Below are positions 28,266-38,406 of a stretch of DNA of 64,000 nt, in pieces. This stretch comes from Candidatus Thorarchaeota archaeon (GTDB lineage: Archaea > Asgardarchaeota > Thorarchaeia > Thorarchaeales > Thorarchaeaceae): the NCBI GenBank assembly GCA_030612365.1, contig JAUWOA010000001.1, forward strand, positions 7,184-71,183. The letters run 5' to 3'. The position numbers and the translations under genes were made by a program. The notes beneath the pieces were generated by a model. It saw only the letters and a list, made by a program, of their open reading frames with translations. It made no database searches and had not been told where the DNA came from. The stretch's first letter is position 1. Every line of letters starts with the position of its first letter.

Positions 28266-29207
28266 TTATTCTAATTTGTCCATTGAAGTGAGGATGGGTT
28301 CATCATCTGTATTGTACTTCATCCTGACTGGAGGACCATAGTGGTGTAGCAACCAATCTAATTGTGGCACTTGGAATCGTGTTACAAACGTAACAACTTG
28401 AGAAAGGAAATGTAATAATCCGAGTCTTTCTGTTCCTGTTTCATCATCTAGAATGATCTCTGTCAGGTGCAATGGTTTATCCCAATGGTCACAAGGTCGC
28501 ACGAGTCGTTGGCTTCTTTCATAACCGAATACCCAACCAAGGGTAACATCTTTGTCATGAACATAAATCAAGTCGAAAAACGATTTCGGATTGATTTGGG
28601 CTCGCTTGATATTGGTTCGCACTGCTTTTTTAATGGACTTGGTATTCTTCCATCCGCTTTTGAAGGCGAAGATGAAGGATGTAGGCCATCCAATATAATA
28701 ACGCTCACCCCAACTTGCGGGCGTCACTAATGGACGAATTAGCTTAAGTTCTGTTCTAGTAGAATGAATGTTGTCAATTGCATCTCTTACTTTGTCTTTC
28801 AGAGTAGTCTTAACCTCAATAGTAGCAACAGCTGAATCAATTGGAATGAACTTGTTAGTTTTATTAGATTCTTCAGGAGTTTCAAATACAATGTATGGGT
28901 GAGAGAAGCGATCATAGATTATCACATCATTTTGCTTTGACTGGACACCATTTCTATCAATTAGGAATCCTTCCACAATTCCAAATTTAGGTGGCAGGTA
29001 TTTTTTAAGCAACTTTCGAATAATAGTTTCATTCGATTCTCCTTTTGCTTGGTTCTGTGCAATCACGTCATTCATGGCGGTTTCCGACTTTAGCCATGAT
29101 TCTCGCCAAGCCCGATTTTTCTTCAGGAAATGTGCGCTCTCAATTGCTTCAGTTTCCCTCGATGTTTCATCCTTAGATTCTTCTTCTGGCAACTTGAAAC
29201 TCTCCAT
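28266..29207 (-). CDS. hypothetical protein with possible PD-(D/E)xK restriction-endonuclease-like core
   Basis: VIIYDRF...FIPIDSAVATIEVKTTL follows the D ... hhhhEhK pattern. Assignment is weak. Confidence 0.35.
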   Translation of the reverse strand: MESFKLPEEESKDETSRETEAIESAHFLKKNRAWRESWLKSETAMNDVIAQNQAKGESNETIIRKLLKKYLPPKFGIVEGFLIDRNGVQSKQNDVIIYDRFSHPYIVFETPEESNKTNKFIPIDSAVATIEVKTTLKDKVRDAIDNIHSTRTELKLIRPLVTPASWGERYYIGWPTSFIFAFKSGWKNTKSIKKAVRTNIKRAQINPKSFFDLIYVHDKDVTLGWVFGYERSQRLVRPCDHWDKPLHLTEIILDDETGTERLGLLHFLSQVVTFVTRFQVPQLDWLLHHYGPPVRMKYNTDDEPILTSMDKLE

Positions 29208-29639
29208 CTACGAAATACACCGGAATAAGAAAGGGTTTCCATTCCTGTCTGCGCAATATCCTCTGTTTAGCGTAGAGGCGTCCGGTCCACCATTACTTCT
29301 TTTCCAGTAGTCCTTCATCCTCAAGTTGTATTTGTACTCCTTGAATAGCACTTGGTTTTTTCGATAACCAGTTCTTCACGATTACGTTCTTCCTTACATC
29401 ATTTGGAGGAGCTAAGAGCCACCATCTGATTGAATTTCCTGCATCCCTTATCCGAATTAAACCCCAAGGCGATCTGAGGATTAACCTGTCCCATTTGTCT
29501 TAGTGGATGGTCGGAAGTAGTTCCAGTACAAACCTGCGTATCTCTTCATACTTATATGCTAACATCGCCTTAACAACCACGACGGGCTTTTTTCGTCAGA
29601 AACTACAGTACAACATAGGCGATTCCTGAGGTAACATCG

Positions 29640-29906
29640 ATGGGTGAAGAAGTCACATACACCACGGCATACTGGCGTGTGAAGTTGGCCCTCCGACTTG
29701 TAATGCTAGCGGGCCTCATCATCATTTGGTGGGGAATTGGCTCGCTTATCACGGACATCATCATCTGGCTCGGTGTCGAGTGGGTTAGCGTTTCCACTAT
29801 CGGCACCATTACTATTGGTATCGGCATTGTCATATCTACTGCCATAATCGACAAGATGGTCGATCGCCTTTACCCCCTCCATGCCAGCCTCCAAAAAAAC
29901 GAGTAG
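29640..29906 (+). CDS. hypothetical small membrane protein (88 aa)
   Basis: Two hydrophobic helices. ORF only. Confidence 0.3.
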   Translation: MGEEVTYTTAYWRVKLALRLVMLAGLIIIWWGIGSLITDIIIWLGVEWVSVSTIGTITIGIGIVISTAIIDKMVDRLYPLHASLQKNE

Positions 29907-29950
29907 TCAGGAGGGCTAGACTGCCTAGTCGCGGGCTTGTATTCCTCCTG

Positions 29951-30301
29951 ATGCTACTGGCCATCGTCCTGACAGTGAGCCCATTGTTCTACGCTCCAGT
30001 CATGTACAGCGAGTATTCAGCGGCTCCAGCTCTGGTCATACGTGGCTACAACGTCCATGTTGAAGGTTTCGTGTACTGGTCCAATTACACCCCCGCCTCA
30101 GAAGTTGAGGTCCGAATATTCGCCACCGACGAGCTCACCAGTGAAACCATCCTGACAGATGTGGATGGTCGGTTCTACGGTGAACAGAGATATGAAGCTG
30201 GACAGGTCTTGGTCTTAACCATCATAGGTCAGCGTTTCCGTGTCTTTATTCCCTATTTCGCGGGAGGCACGGTGTCACTCGGTGACTTCTTCATAGACTA
30301 A
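29951..30301 (+). CDS. hypothetical small secreted protein (116 aa)
   Basis: Hydrophobic N-terminus MLLAIVLTVSPLFYAPV. Confidence 0.3.
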   Translation: MLLAIVLTVSPLFYAPVMYSEYSAAPALVIRGYNVHVEGFVYWSNYTPASEVEVRIFATDELTSETILTDVDGRFYGEQRYEAGQVLVLTIIGQRFRVFIPYFAGGTVSLGDFFID

Positions 30302-30357
30302 ACCGAGTAGGAAAAGAAAACATGGCATGTGATAGCCCTAATCTACCGACCCTGAGT

Positions 30358-30546
30358 TCAACCACGAATACGAGTGCCCTGAACGTTCTTGTGAGCCCAG
30401 GCGAACTTACGGAGTCTGGCTGAGGCGCCATAGTTGCAGGCTGCGCACTTCTTATGCCTAACGTGGTAGGATCGTCTGCCGCATCTTCTGCAGCGAATGT
30501 GGTGGGGGTTATTCTTCTTGCCTTTGGATGGAGTGCCCTTTCCCAT
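30358..30546 (-). CDS. rpl37e: 50S ribosomal protein L37e
   Basis: [50 protein letters not shown] has the C4 zinc-ribbon L37e signature. Confidence 0.85.
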   Translation of the reverse strand: MGKGTPSKGKKNNPHHIRCRRCGRRSYHVRHKKCAACNYGASARLRKFAWAHKNVQGTRIRG

Positions 30547-30552
30547 AGCAGT

Positions 30553-30813
30553 CTACTCCTTCTTACCTGACTTGGGCGCCGGACTAACGATAATGACGTT
30601 GTCGCCTCTCACAATCACATTCTCGATAGCCACAACAGATTCTGTATTGGTTTCCGGGTCGAAGGTTATCTCCTCGGCGTTCTCAAGTATGAGGTTCAGA
30701 TGCTGGTCATAGCCAAGCAATCTCCCCTTGACCTTCTTACGCCCCTTCATCTCAACGAGCACCTGAGTGCCAATCGATTCCTTGAGCAGTTCCATAGGTC
30801 TACCTGCGTTCAC
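30553..30813 (-). CDS. Sm-like (LSm) archaeal protein
   Basis: Sm1/Sm2 motifs: VLVEMKGRKKVKGRLLGYDQHLNLILENAEE ... VVIRGDNVIIV. It is adjacent to L37e, the conserved archaeal Sm-L37e pair. Confidence 0.8.
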   Translation of the reverse strand: MNAGRPMELLKESIGTQVLVEMKGRKKVKGRLLGYDQHLNLILENAEEITFDPETNTESVVAIENVIVRGDNVIIVSPAPKSGKKE

Positions 30814-30978
30814 CAGTCTTCACCAACACAGAACAATAGTCGGAGCTTCTGAGCCCTCGACGCTTTCGTCTTGTCGCTGGGTTTGGCTTAAAAACGTGGC
30901 GATGAAACCAGCCAACCTAGTCACGTTTCCAGCCACTCTCGCGCGGTCGCGCCATAGGTTTCAAAAGGATATAGTCAT

Positions 30979-31494
30979 TTGGGATGGTTAATGCCAAAGA
31001 TAGAACGTATCAGAAAACGCCATCCAATGAAGAAACGTGACCAGAGGAGGGAGCTGGAGCGGATAGAGGATATTCTGAGTTCGAGCATAACTGGGCTGGA
31101 TGAAAAGTCAAAGCTCGAAGAGGGCGTACTGGATGACGGGTCACGGGTCATCTTAGTAGAAGGTGAGATTATCTTCTTTGAAACCGATGGAGTTCTCTTC
31201 CCAACTCTCCGGGCACTACTCAGCGAAGTCGTGAGGATCCCGACGGTGACAGTCGACATGGGGGCAGTCAAGTTTGTCGTCAATGGCGCAGACATCATGC
31301 GGCCCGGAATCACTCACATAGAGGATGGGATAAAGGCGGGATCAATCGTCGCCATAGTCGATGAGCGGCATGGAAAACCTCTTGCAGTTGGGGTTTCCAA
31401 GATGTCAAGTGAAGAACTCCGTAGCGCAGTTTCAGGCAAGGTGATTCAATCAATACACCATGTCGGTGACAAGCTTTGGGAATTCAAGATTTGA
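30979..31494 (+). CDS. PUA-domain protein (Tma20/MCT-1-like, DUF1947 plus PUA)
   Basis: C-terminal PUA-like GADIMRPGI...GSIVAIVDERHGKPLAVGVSKMSSEEL. Confidence 0.55.
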   Translation: MGWLMPKIERIRKRHPMKKRDQRRELERIEDILSSSITGLDEKSKLEEGVLDDGSRVILVEGEIIFFETDGVLFPTLRALLSEVVRIPTVTVDMGAVKFVVNGADIMRPGITHIEDGIKAGSIVAIVDERHGKPLAVGVSKMSSEELRSAVSGKVIQSIHHVGDKLWEFKI

Positions 31495-31499
31495 ACTGT

Positions 31500-34190
31500 T
31501 CAGTCATCCTTGACCATTTCTGCTCGGATATGACTTAGTGCAGCTTTGTACAGATCCTTTGCAAGTTCAGGGTTTAATCCCGAGTTCTTAGCGAATCTGT
31601 TCCTTGCGAGACCCCTCTTTGATGAGTCTATGTCCTTCCTGACTACCTCGCCTATCGATTTGTATCCCCTGTCGTTCAGTATTCGCGTTTCTGCTCTTGA
31701 TAGCAATCGTGTAGGTCCCTCTTCATTCTCAGGCAGCTGCAATTCCATCAGATTCGAATCTGCTAGGTCAAGTCGGACTCCGTAGCGCAGTTGTCGGCTG
31801 AATAGTTCCATTCTTTTCGCAATCTTTCTTCTTCCCAACGACTTCAGCAGTTGACTTAGGTCCTGTGCCAGGTTGCTGCAGATGCGGACAAGCATCGCTA
31901 GGTCTCCCTCATCGATATCGCTGCCAGAAGCACGTTCTCTTCCTTTGCTTATCGTCCTCGCATTTTCACTTGCTCCATCGATAATAGAGCTCACTCCGAG
32001 CTCGCTAATCCAATCATTCAGTGCCTGTTTCTTGAACTCCCTTCGCCCGCGGACAAGTTTTACATACCTGTCACTGGCTTTGTCGATTCCTGCCATTTGC
32101 AATTCGATATCCGCTGGGAGAACTGTTCTAGGCCTTATCGACTGAGGTATGCTGAAAGCCAACACGATGTCTACAAGGTCCGATTCCAACACCCCCTCAT
32201 CAAGACTAAGGAGCGATTCCCGGACTCTGTGGTATTCGATGATATTGAAACCGGCCCTAACTGCTGCACGAGTTTCCTTTGTCAATCTAAGCCCTTTCTT
32301 AACCGTTTCAATCGCTCCAACTTTCTGGTACCATGCGAATAGGGCATCAAACGTTTCTTCCATCTTCTCCATGTATTCGCTGTCTACTGATGCCCTGAAC
32401 GTTTCTCCCACCAATTGTAGAAATTTCAACTTCACAGTTTCTCGCTTGAATACGTTCTTAGTAGTGGCAACCCTCTCCATCAAGCTTGCTGCTAGCGTTG
32501 GATACAGCATTCCCGAATTCAGGGGCTCAAGTGGACGGTGAAGCAGCGTATCCTCCAACGACTCGGGGTTCGAAAACTGCCAAGAGGGGCCTCCAAAGAC
32601 AATGTAGACTCTGCCTCCATACTGAGCCAAGTGATACTCTCCAATTCTCCCTGCAATCTGAAGATATCTAGACCGTGCAACCAAGAACCCCATGCTTCCA
32701 TCGAAGATGATCACTACACAATCAAACGGAAAGCTAGCTCCCGACGTGATACCGGTTGTTGAAACCACGGTCTTTACCGAACCGTTACGGATCGCCCTCT
32801 CAAGTCGCTCCCTAAGATCAACAGTGAGGCCTGCATGGTGAAATGCTACTCCTTTGCGTAGGGTCGCTTCCAGCTTTCGAGCTCTTGGCATGACCTCACC
32901 TGAGGAGAGAATTCGAGAAACCACATGCTCCTCCATCGGACGCGGATGCTTATCCGCGAGATACTCCGAAAGCACCTCTGTGCCCTCTCTGTACCCGACC
33001 ACAATGAGAACTGACTTGTTTGGGTCATCACCCATGTGTTCGAACACGGCATCAATCAATCTATCCGCAGTTACCAGACATCCTTGAGTGCCATCACTGC
33101 TGACAATCGAAACACCTTGTTCCTCTCCAATCACCATGAACTCGTCGGGAGTGAGACGCATCTCAGGTCGGAAAATATCTGCATCGAGCCACCCAGCAAC
33201 TTCTCCTGTTTCGCCAAATCGTGAGGAGAGAGTGAGTATCTGCATGTTTATCCTGAGGAGCGTAATCAGGCAATCAAGTCTAGTGCTTCTGTCTGTGCCC
33301 AAGTTACGAGGCTGAACATGCGATACAAAGGAATCCAGTTCTGTTAGTTCATCTATTACGGCGAGGCCAATACCATTGATCCATGCCTTATTTAGCAGGA
33401 CAGCCGACAAGACGCTCTCATAGATACCAATAATGAGATTTGCGCCTTTCAGCTCTTCATCATCAGCTCTATGCTGTCCATCGTGTCTAACTACTTTGTA
33501 TCCCAGATTCTCGAAGAGCTTGCCGTATTCATCTACTACCTGCCTATTCAGAGATGTATAGGGACTAAGATACAGACACCTAATACCTCTTTGAACGCGA
33601 ATCAGAATGGTGATCATTGCGAGGAAGGTCTTCCCAGAACCCGGCGGCATCAGGATCATGAAGTTGCCTTTGACCTCTCCTACCTCTCGAATGAACTTTT
33701 CTTGAGCTGGGAGCAGTCGAATGAAGTTCTTGTGTTTGAGCAGAATCTTGGCAGCCTTCTGAATCTCGGTGTCGGCTTCTGTTGAGCCTCCCATGCTGCC
33801 AACTGCACCGAGGGCAAGCCTGCCTTGATGTGTAATCATAAATTTCCGCTGCTTCTTCCCCCTTTCACCCACTGTTTGCACAAACCCAACATTGGCCAGC
33901 TTAGTCATACTCTCGTAAAGTGTGCCCCCCGAGATCAGTTTCTTGCGGTCTGTTTCCCATGTGACTTGTTGTTGTGACTTCTCTCCCTTTGTTTGAAGAG
34001 TCGGCCTAGACATTCCTCTCTGAAGAAGTATGCCTTCAACTATTTCTTCCCACCTCAATGTCGGGATAATCTCTCCAGCCTGTGGACTTAGGGCCGCAAG
34101 AATCTCCATTGCATAGCGATTTCCCAACGCCTTAAGCTGACGTTGCAGCGTAGCAAGATGAACATCCTCCAATCCACGCGCGCTCATCAC
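31500..34190 (-). CDS. SF2 DEAD/DEAH-box helicase (Ski2/Hel308-like) with N-terminal winged-helix region
   Basis: Walker A LMPPGSGKTFLAM. DExx-type LAVIDELTEL. Helicase C-terminal region VAFHHAGL...R. Confidence 0.6.
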   Translation of the reverse strand: MMSARGLEDVHLATLQRQLKALGNRYAMEILAALSPQAGEIIPTLRWEEIVEGILLQRGMSRPTLQTKGEKSQQQVTWETDRKKLISGGTLYESMTKLANVGFVQTVGERGKKQRKFMITHQGRLALGAVGSMGGSTEADTEIQKAAKILLKHKNFIRLLPAQEKFIREVGEVKGNFMILMPPGSGKTFLAMITILIRVQRGIRCLYLSPYTSLNRQVVDEYGKLFENLGYKVVRHDGQHRADDEELKGANLIIGIYESVLSAVLLNKAWINGIGLAVIDELTELDSFVSHVQPRNLGTDRSTRLDCLITLLRINMQILTLSSRFGETGEVAGWLDADIFRPEMRLTPDEFMVIGEEQGVSIVSSDGTQGCLVTADRLIDAVFEHMGDDPNKSVLIVVGYREGTEVLSEYLADKHPRPMEEHVVSRILSSGEVMPRARKLEATLRKGVAFHHAGLTVDLRERLERAIRNGSVKTVVSTTGITSGASFPFDCVVIIFDGSMGFLVARSRYLQIAGRIGEYHLAQYGGRVYIVFGGPSWQFSNPESLEDTLLHRPLEPLNSGMLYPTLAASLMERVATTKNVFKRETVKLKFLQLVGETFRASVDSEYMEKMEETFDALFAWYQKVGAIETVKKGLRLTKETRAAVRAGFNIIEYHRVRESLLSLDEGVLESDLVDIVLAFSIPQSIRPRTVLPADIELQMAGIDKASDRYVKLVRGRREFKKQALNDWISELGVSSIIDGASENARTISKGRERASGSDIDEGDLAMLVRICSNLAQDLSQLLKSLGRRKIAKRMELFSRQLRYGVRLDLADSNLMELQLPENEEGPTRLLSRAETRILNDRGYKSIGEVVRKDIDSSKRGLARNRFAKNSGLNPELAKDLYKAALSHIRAEMVKDD

Positions 34191-34308
34191 AATCGCTCGT
34201 CATTACCGAGTGGACAGGTATAAACATTGGGCAGTTGGAACTACCTCATAATACTAGGTCTTTTCTTCTTACGACAGTTTGGAGCATCGTAACTCGAGGT
34301 GATTCAAA

Positions 34309-34710
34309 GTGCGTTCCCTGTTTAGACGCAAGCGAAACAAAAATGAGGCTGACAATGAAACGACGGTAATTCCGCCATATGCAGGCCTAGGTGTATTCTC
34401 GCCCGCTGTGAAGGGCAAAAGTCCAGAGCCTGCTCATGAATGCAAAAGGCTAGCGGAGCTCGAGTCCATATTCATTAGATCAAAACGCCTCGATTCTCTC
34501 AATGATGTTCCCTATGTTGTGGACCAAATCCGTAATGGCAACATAGTTCTCCTTGACATCACAAGAATGAATGACAGGAAAGAACAGAGCCATCTGGAAT
34601 TGAAACGCATAATCGAGCGGATTCGTGGAGAAACCCGAAGCTACAGTGCAGATATTGCTCTAGTTAACGATAACTGCGTCATCGTGACACCTTGGTTCGT
34701 CAAGTACTGA
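34309..34710 (+). CDS. sepF: SepF-like (DUF552) cell-division protein
   Basis: C-terminal IRNGNIVLLDITRMNDRKEQSHLELKRIIERIRGETRSYSADIALVNDNCVIVTP follows the SepF pattern. Confidence 0.45.
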   Translation: MRSLFRRKRNKNEADNETTVIPPYAGLGVFSPAVKGKSPEPAHECKRLAELESIFIRSKRLDSLNDVPYVVDQIRNGNIVLLDITRMNDRKEQSHLELKRIIERIRGETRSYSADIALVNDNCVIVTPWFVKY

Positions 34711-34720
34711 GCACACAACA

Positions 34721-36631
34721 TTATCTCAGTTTGACGGTTTCAGTGACCCTCAACGCAACTGTGTCAATGTTTAGAGCTTTATGGATTGTTGAGGCAAGAT
34801 TCGTGCACTTGGATGCTTCTCCATGACAGGTTAGCACAATTTCTGGAACTGGACTGACACGCTTAACGAAGTTCAGTATTTGCTTTCTATCGGAGTGTCC
34901 CGAAAAGCCTTCGACAGTGGTGATCTCAAGGTTCACGGGGATCGACCTCGTCTGTCCCTCATGGCTCTTCATGCGTACTTCCTTCCAGCCCTTTTGGATT
35001 CTACTGCCTAGCGTATTTGCCCCTTGATATGAAACAAATACCAACGTATTCTTCTCATCAGGTGCTAGAAGCCGGAAATAGTCCACACTGGGTCCACCAG
35101 CTAGCATCCCGGAAGTAGCCATGATGATGCAGGGTTCACCCTCCACAATCTCCTCGCGCTGGTCGGGGTTATCCACTTGAACAAACACCTCGCTCAAGAA
35201 TGGGTTGATTCCCTGGTGAAATACCATTTCTCGTATCTTCTTGCTGAGGGCTTCTGGATGTGTCGTATGGATTGCTGTGGCTTGGGCAATCATCCCCTCA
35301 ATGTAGATTGGAATCCTTGGAATCCGTTTCTTGGAAACCAAGTCCTCCAGTACAAGCATAATCTCCTGTGCTCGGCCAACTGCAAGGACTGGAATCAGTA
35401 TCTTCCCGCCCCTCGCTAGCGTTCTCTTGATTATCGACGCAAACTTTCTCTCAACTTCCTGTCTAGGAGGCATCTTGTCTGTCGGGTGGCCATAAGTACT
35501 CTCTACGATGAGGGCTTCCAATCTGGGGAATGTGAACGTAGCGGGCTCAAGAAGCCTAGTGCGGCCGAACTTGAAGTCGCCTGTGTATGCCATATTGTAT
35601 CGCCCATCCCCTATGTGCAGATGGATAATGGCCGATCCGAGGATATGCCCTGCATTGTGAAGAGTCAAACGGACATCTGGAGCAATATCAGTTACTTCTC
35701 CATAGTTCAATGGAATTGTGTGCAGAATGGCTTCTTTCACATCTTTATCGCGATACGGTCTAAGCTTCCCTTCTCGTTCAGCCACATCGAGATAGTCTAG
35801 CTGAAGGAGCGTGGAGAGATTGAGTGTCGGGGCAGTCATGTAAACTGGTCCGCGATACCCATACTTGAACAAGAACGGAACCATGCCACAGTGGTCTAGG
35901 TGAGCATGTGTGATGACTACCGCATCTAGATTGTCAATGCTGAACTCCGGCATATCCAAACGAGGAAATGCTCTAGTCGGAGTGCCCACGTTCACGCCGC
36001 ATTCAATCAGGATGTTGCTCTCAGAAGTTTGAAGAAACATGCACTGTCTTCCAACCTCGCGAAATCCTCCTAGTGCAGTTAGCCTAATCCATCCGTTATC
36101 CATCAGACTCCGGCGGTGTATCCTTCTGCCAATCTCGCGGAATGATTTGTTCCTGCTTGCTGCCTCCGATTGAATGATGTAGCGAATCTGTTTAATCAGC
36201 TTGCTTTCAATAGGTGGAGTTCTCATCACGGCTGGCCGCCAAAAGGTACGCCTTGTAATCTCTCTGAGCGTTGTCCCACTTCTGCCAATCACGAGGCCCG
36301 GCTTCTGGGCTTCGATTATGACTTCGCCTCTTGAATCGTCAAAATCAATTGAGGTTATCTCCGCATCCTCAGGCACCAGCTCACGTACCGACTTCTCTGC
36401 ATCTTCATGAGAAATTCTCACTTCCGGAGCCGACCTGACTACGATGCGTTTCCTCATCTTGCGGGCGAGTGCCTTGATCATATCCCCGTCGTCAAGAAGT
36501 ATCTTTGGCGCTTTCGAGTATATCGCAATCTCCGGGCCTTCATACTCAACAGCGCTTATCGCGGCCGATTTTGGAAGCGCGTCCTTGATTGCCTCGCGAA
36601 TGTCAACGTACTCGTTATAGTGGGAACCCAT
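34721..36631 (-). CDS. fttA: KH-domain/beta-CASP metallo-beta-lactamase ribonuclease aCPSF1 (FttA)
   Basis: N-terminal KH domains (VIGRSGTTLREITR). MBL motif HAHLDHCG. beta-CASP region. 636 aa, typical of archaeal CPSF1. Confidence 0.85.
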   Translation of the reverse strand: MGSHYNEYVDIREAIKDALPKSAAISAVEYEGPEIAIYSKAPKILLDDGDMIKALARKMRKRIVVRSAPEVRISHEDAEKSVRELVPEDAEITSIDFDDSRGEVIIEAQKPGLVIGRSGTTLREITRRTFWRPAVMRTPPIESKLIKQIRYIIQSEAASRNKSFREIGRRIHRRSLMDNGWIRLTALGGFREVGRQCMFLQTSESNILIECGVNVGTPTRAFPRLDMPEFSIDNLDAVVITHAHLDHCGMVPFLFKYGYRGPVYMTAPTLNLSTLLQLDYLDVAEREGKLRPYRDKDVKEAILHTIPLNYGEVTDIAPDVRLTLHNAGHILGSAIIHLHIGDGRYNMAYTGDFKFGRTRLLEPATFTFPRLEALIVESTYGHPTDKMPPRQEVERKFASIIKRTLARGGKILIPVLAVGRAQEIMLVLEDLVSKKRIPRIPIYIEGMIAQATAIHTTHPEALSKKIREMVFHQGINPFLSEVFVQVDNPDQREEIVEGEPCIIMATSGMLAGGPSVDYFRLLAPDEKNTLVFVSYQGANTLGSRIQKGWKEVRMKSHEGQTRSIPVNLEITTVEGFSGHSDRKQILNFVKRVSPVPEIVLTCHGEASKCTNLASTIHKALNIDTVALRVTETVKLR

Positions 36632-36747
36632 CTAGAATCACTTCGTGGTTTAAGGCGTATTGCATACCCTTCTGGTTTCATCTAAGACCCACAGCCGATT
36701 GGGCTGAAACGGTTTCGAATAGAGCTGACAAAAAACGATGTCTGCTA

Positions 36748-37386
36748 CTATTGTTTCCAGATCTTCGTGATGACGTCTTTGTCTACTTCTTTGTAGCCAT
36801 CCTTATCGATGACACTCACAAGAATCGAGTTTCCTGTTGCAGCATCTCTTTCGATTGCTGCGGCGATTGCTCGCACTGCAAGCTCTATGGCCTTCTTCTT
36901 GGCAAGCCCATCCTTGTACTCTGCTTCCAAGACCCCAAGAGCTATCGGGGATCCCGATCCTGTTGATGTGTACTTATCGGGCAGAACGGACCCAATGAAG
37001 TCTGTGTAGAAGACCTGTGGGCCATCATCATCAAATCCTCCCACTACGCATTGGAGCATATATGCTCCTCGAGCTGAAAACATTATGTTGCTCAAGAGAC
37101 GCGTTAGTGCCCTAACACGCATGGATCGTCCTCTCTGAATCTCAAAGAGTTTCGCTTCTGCTTTCAGAAGTTCCATAATTGCTTGAGCATCAGCAACTGA
37201 ACCTGCAATTGTCGCGCCAATGCTGTCACTGATTTTGTAAATCTTTTTAGCTGTCTTATTGGCGATAAGGTAACCCATGGTCGCTCTCTGGTCGCTTGCC
37301 AGGATGACACAGTCTTTTGCTATTAAGCCAACAGTTGTTGTTCCTGTCTTGGTTACCTCTGCGGGTGGCTGCATCTGATGTTCCAT
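36748..37386 (-). CDS. psmB: Proteasome subunit beta
   Basis: Propeptide followed by TTTVGLIAKDCVILASDQRATMG, the N-terminal Thr nucleophile motif. Confidence 0.9.
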   Translation of the reverse strand: MEHQMQPPAEVTKTGTTTVGLIAKDCVILASDQRATMGYLIANKTAKKIYKISDSIGATIAGSVADAQAIMELLKAEAKLFEIQRGRSMRVRALTRLLSNIMFSARGAYMLQCVVGGFDDDGPQVFYTDFIGSVLPDKYTSTGSGSPIALGVLEAEYKDGLAKKKAIELAVRAIAAAIERDAATGNSILVSVIDKDGYKEVDKDVITKIWKQ

Positions 37387-37516
37387 ATCGAGTAACTCCG
37401 TATCAATGAAATATAGCGTAGGAGAACTAGTGACAAAAAGCTGGTTCTGAGATTCGTATTAAAACGTTTCTTAGTGGTCGCTCTTGTGTTTTATTGGTGT
37501 CAAAATCATTGCGATG

Positions 37517-38344
37517 CTAGTTTCCTGCTTCTTTGGGAGGTTCAGGTCGTTCGTAGGTGACGACAAACTTGATTTTCTTGGCTTTCTCAATCACCTTTAG
37601 TGCGTCAGAAGCCACGCCAATCTCCGCGTACTGAATCCCTTCAATGTAGCGACTTGCCTGCGGAAACTCAATAGTGACAGTCTTTCCCTTAATGGACACA
37701 CCAAACTGGTCTACTGGTACGGCAGGGATTCTTCTTTTGATGACTGCCAAGACCTTCTTCTCAGGGTCAGTAATGAGCTCTCTGGCCGTGATATCGAAAA
37801 CAAGGGTTTTTCCAGCTAGCGGACTGTTGAAGTCAACTCTGACACGACGTCCAAGCACTTGGGTAATCACACCTCGTTCGTGACCTATCTTCACCTCTTC
37901 CCCCTTTATGGCCCGTACTCCGTGTTTGGCCAGTTTTATTTTGGCGAACAGTTTGATCTTGCTTGGGTCTCTAGGTCCCGATCCTTTCTCTGGTGGCACC
38001 TCAACAGTTTTTGATTCCCCCACCTTCATCCCGATTAGCTCTTCCTCGACAGCGGCGAGAAGCCAGTTCCAACCAATTCCGACGAGCATTGGCTCATACC
38101 GCTCATCCTCCTTGTACATGCCTTCTTTCCGCGCGACATCCTCCATGGTACAATCGAAGACTTTTCCATCTCTCTTGGTCTTAATTGTGTAATCGACATA
38201 CAGGAGACTGCCTTCGCTAACAACATTCTTAGCAACTGACTTCTTGGCCGCACTCTTCTTCCCTGTTGTCTTTTTTGTGGACTTCGTTTCTTTCTTGGTT
38301 GTCTTCTTCTTGGCCTTTTCGTTGGACACTGTCGATAACCTCAC
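37517..38344 (-). CDS. FKBP-type peptidyl-prolyl cis-trans isomerase with Lys-rich N-terminal tail
   Basis: FKBP core LLYVDYTIKTKRDGKVFDCT...MLVGIG...GMKVGESKTVEVPPEKGSG. N-terminus KAKKKTTKKETKSTKKTTGKKSAAKKSVAK. Confidence 0.7.
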   Translation of the reverse strand: MRLSTVSNEKAKKKTTKKETKSTKKTTGKKSAAKKSVAKNVVSEGSLLYVDYTIKTKRDGKVFDCTMEDVARKEGMYKEDERYEPMLVGIGWNWLLAAVEEELIGMKVGESKTVEVPPEKGSGPRDPSKIKLFAKIKLAKHGVRAIKGEEVKIGHERGVITQVLGRRVRVDFNSPLAGKTLVFDITARELITDPEKKVLAVIKRRIPAVPVDQFGVSIKGKTVTIEFPQASRYIEGIQYAEIGVASDALKVIEKAKKIKFVVTYERPEPPKEAGN

Positions 38345-38406
38345 GCGTTTCTATGTGTATTTTGCCGCCCGGTTAGATGGTGGAATAAAACGGTTTCCTT
38401 GTGGTA

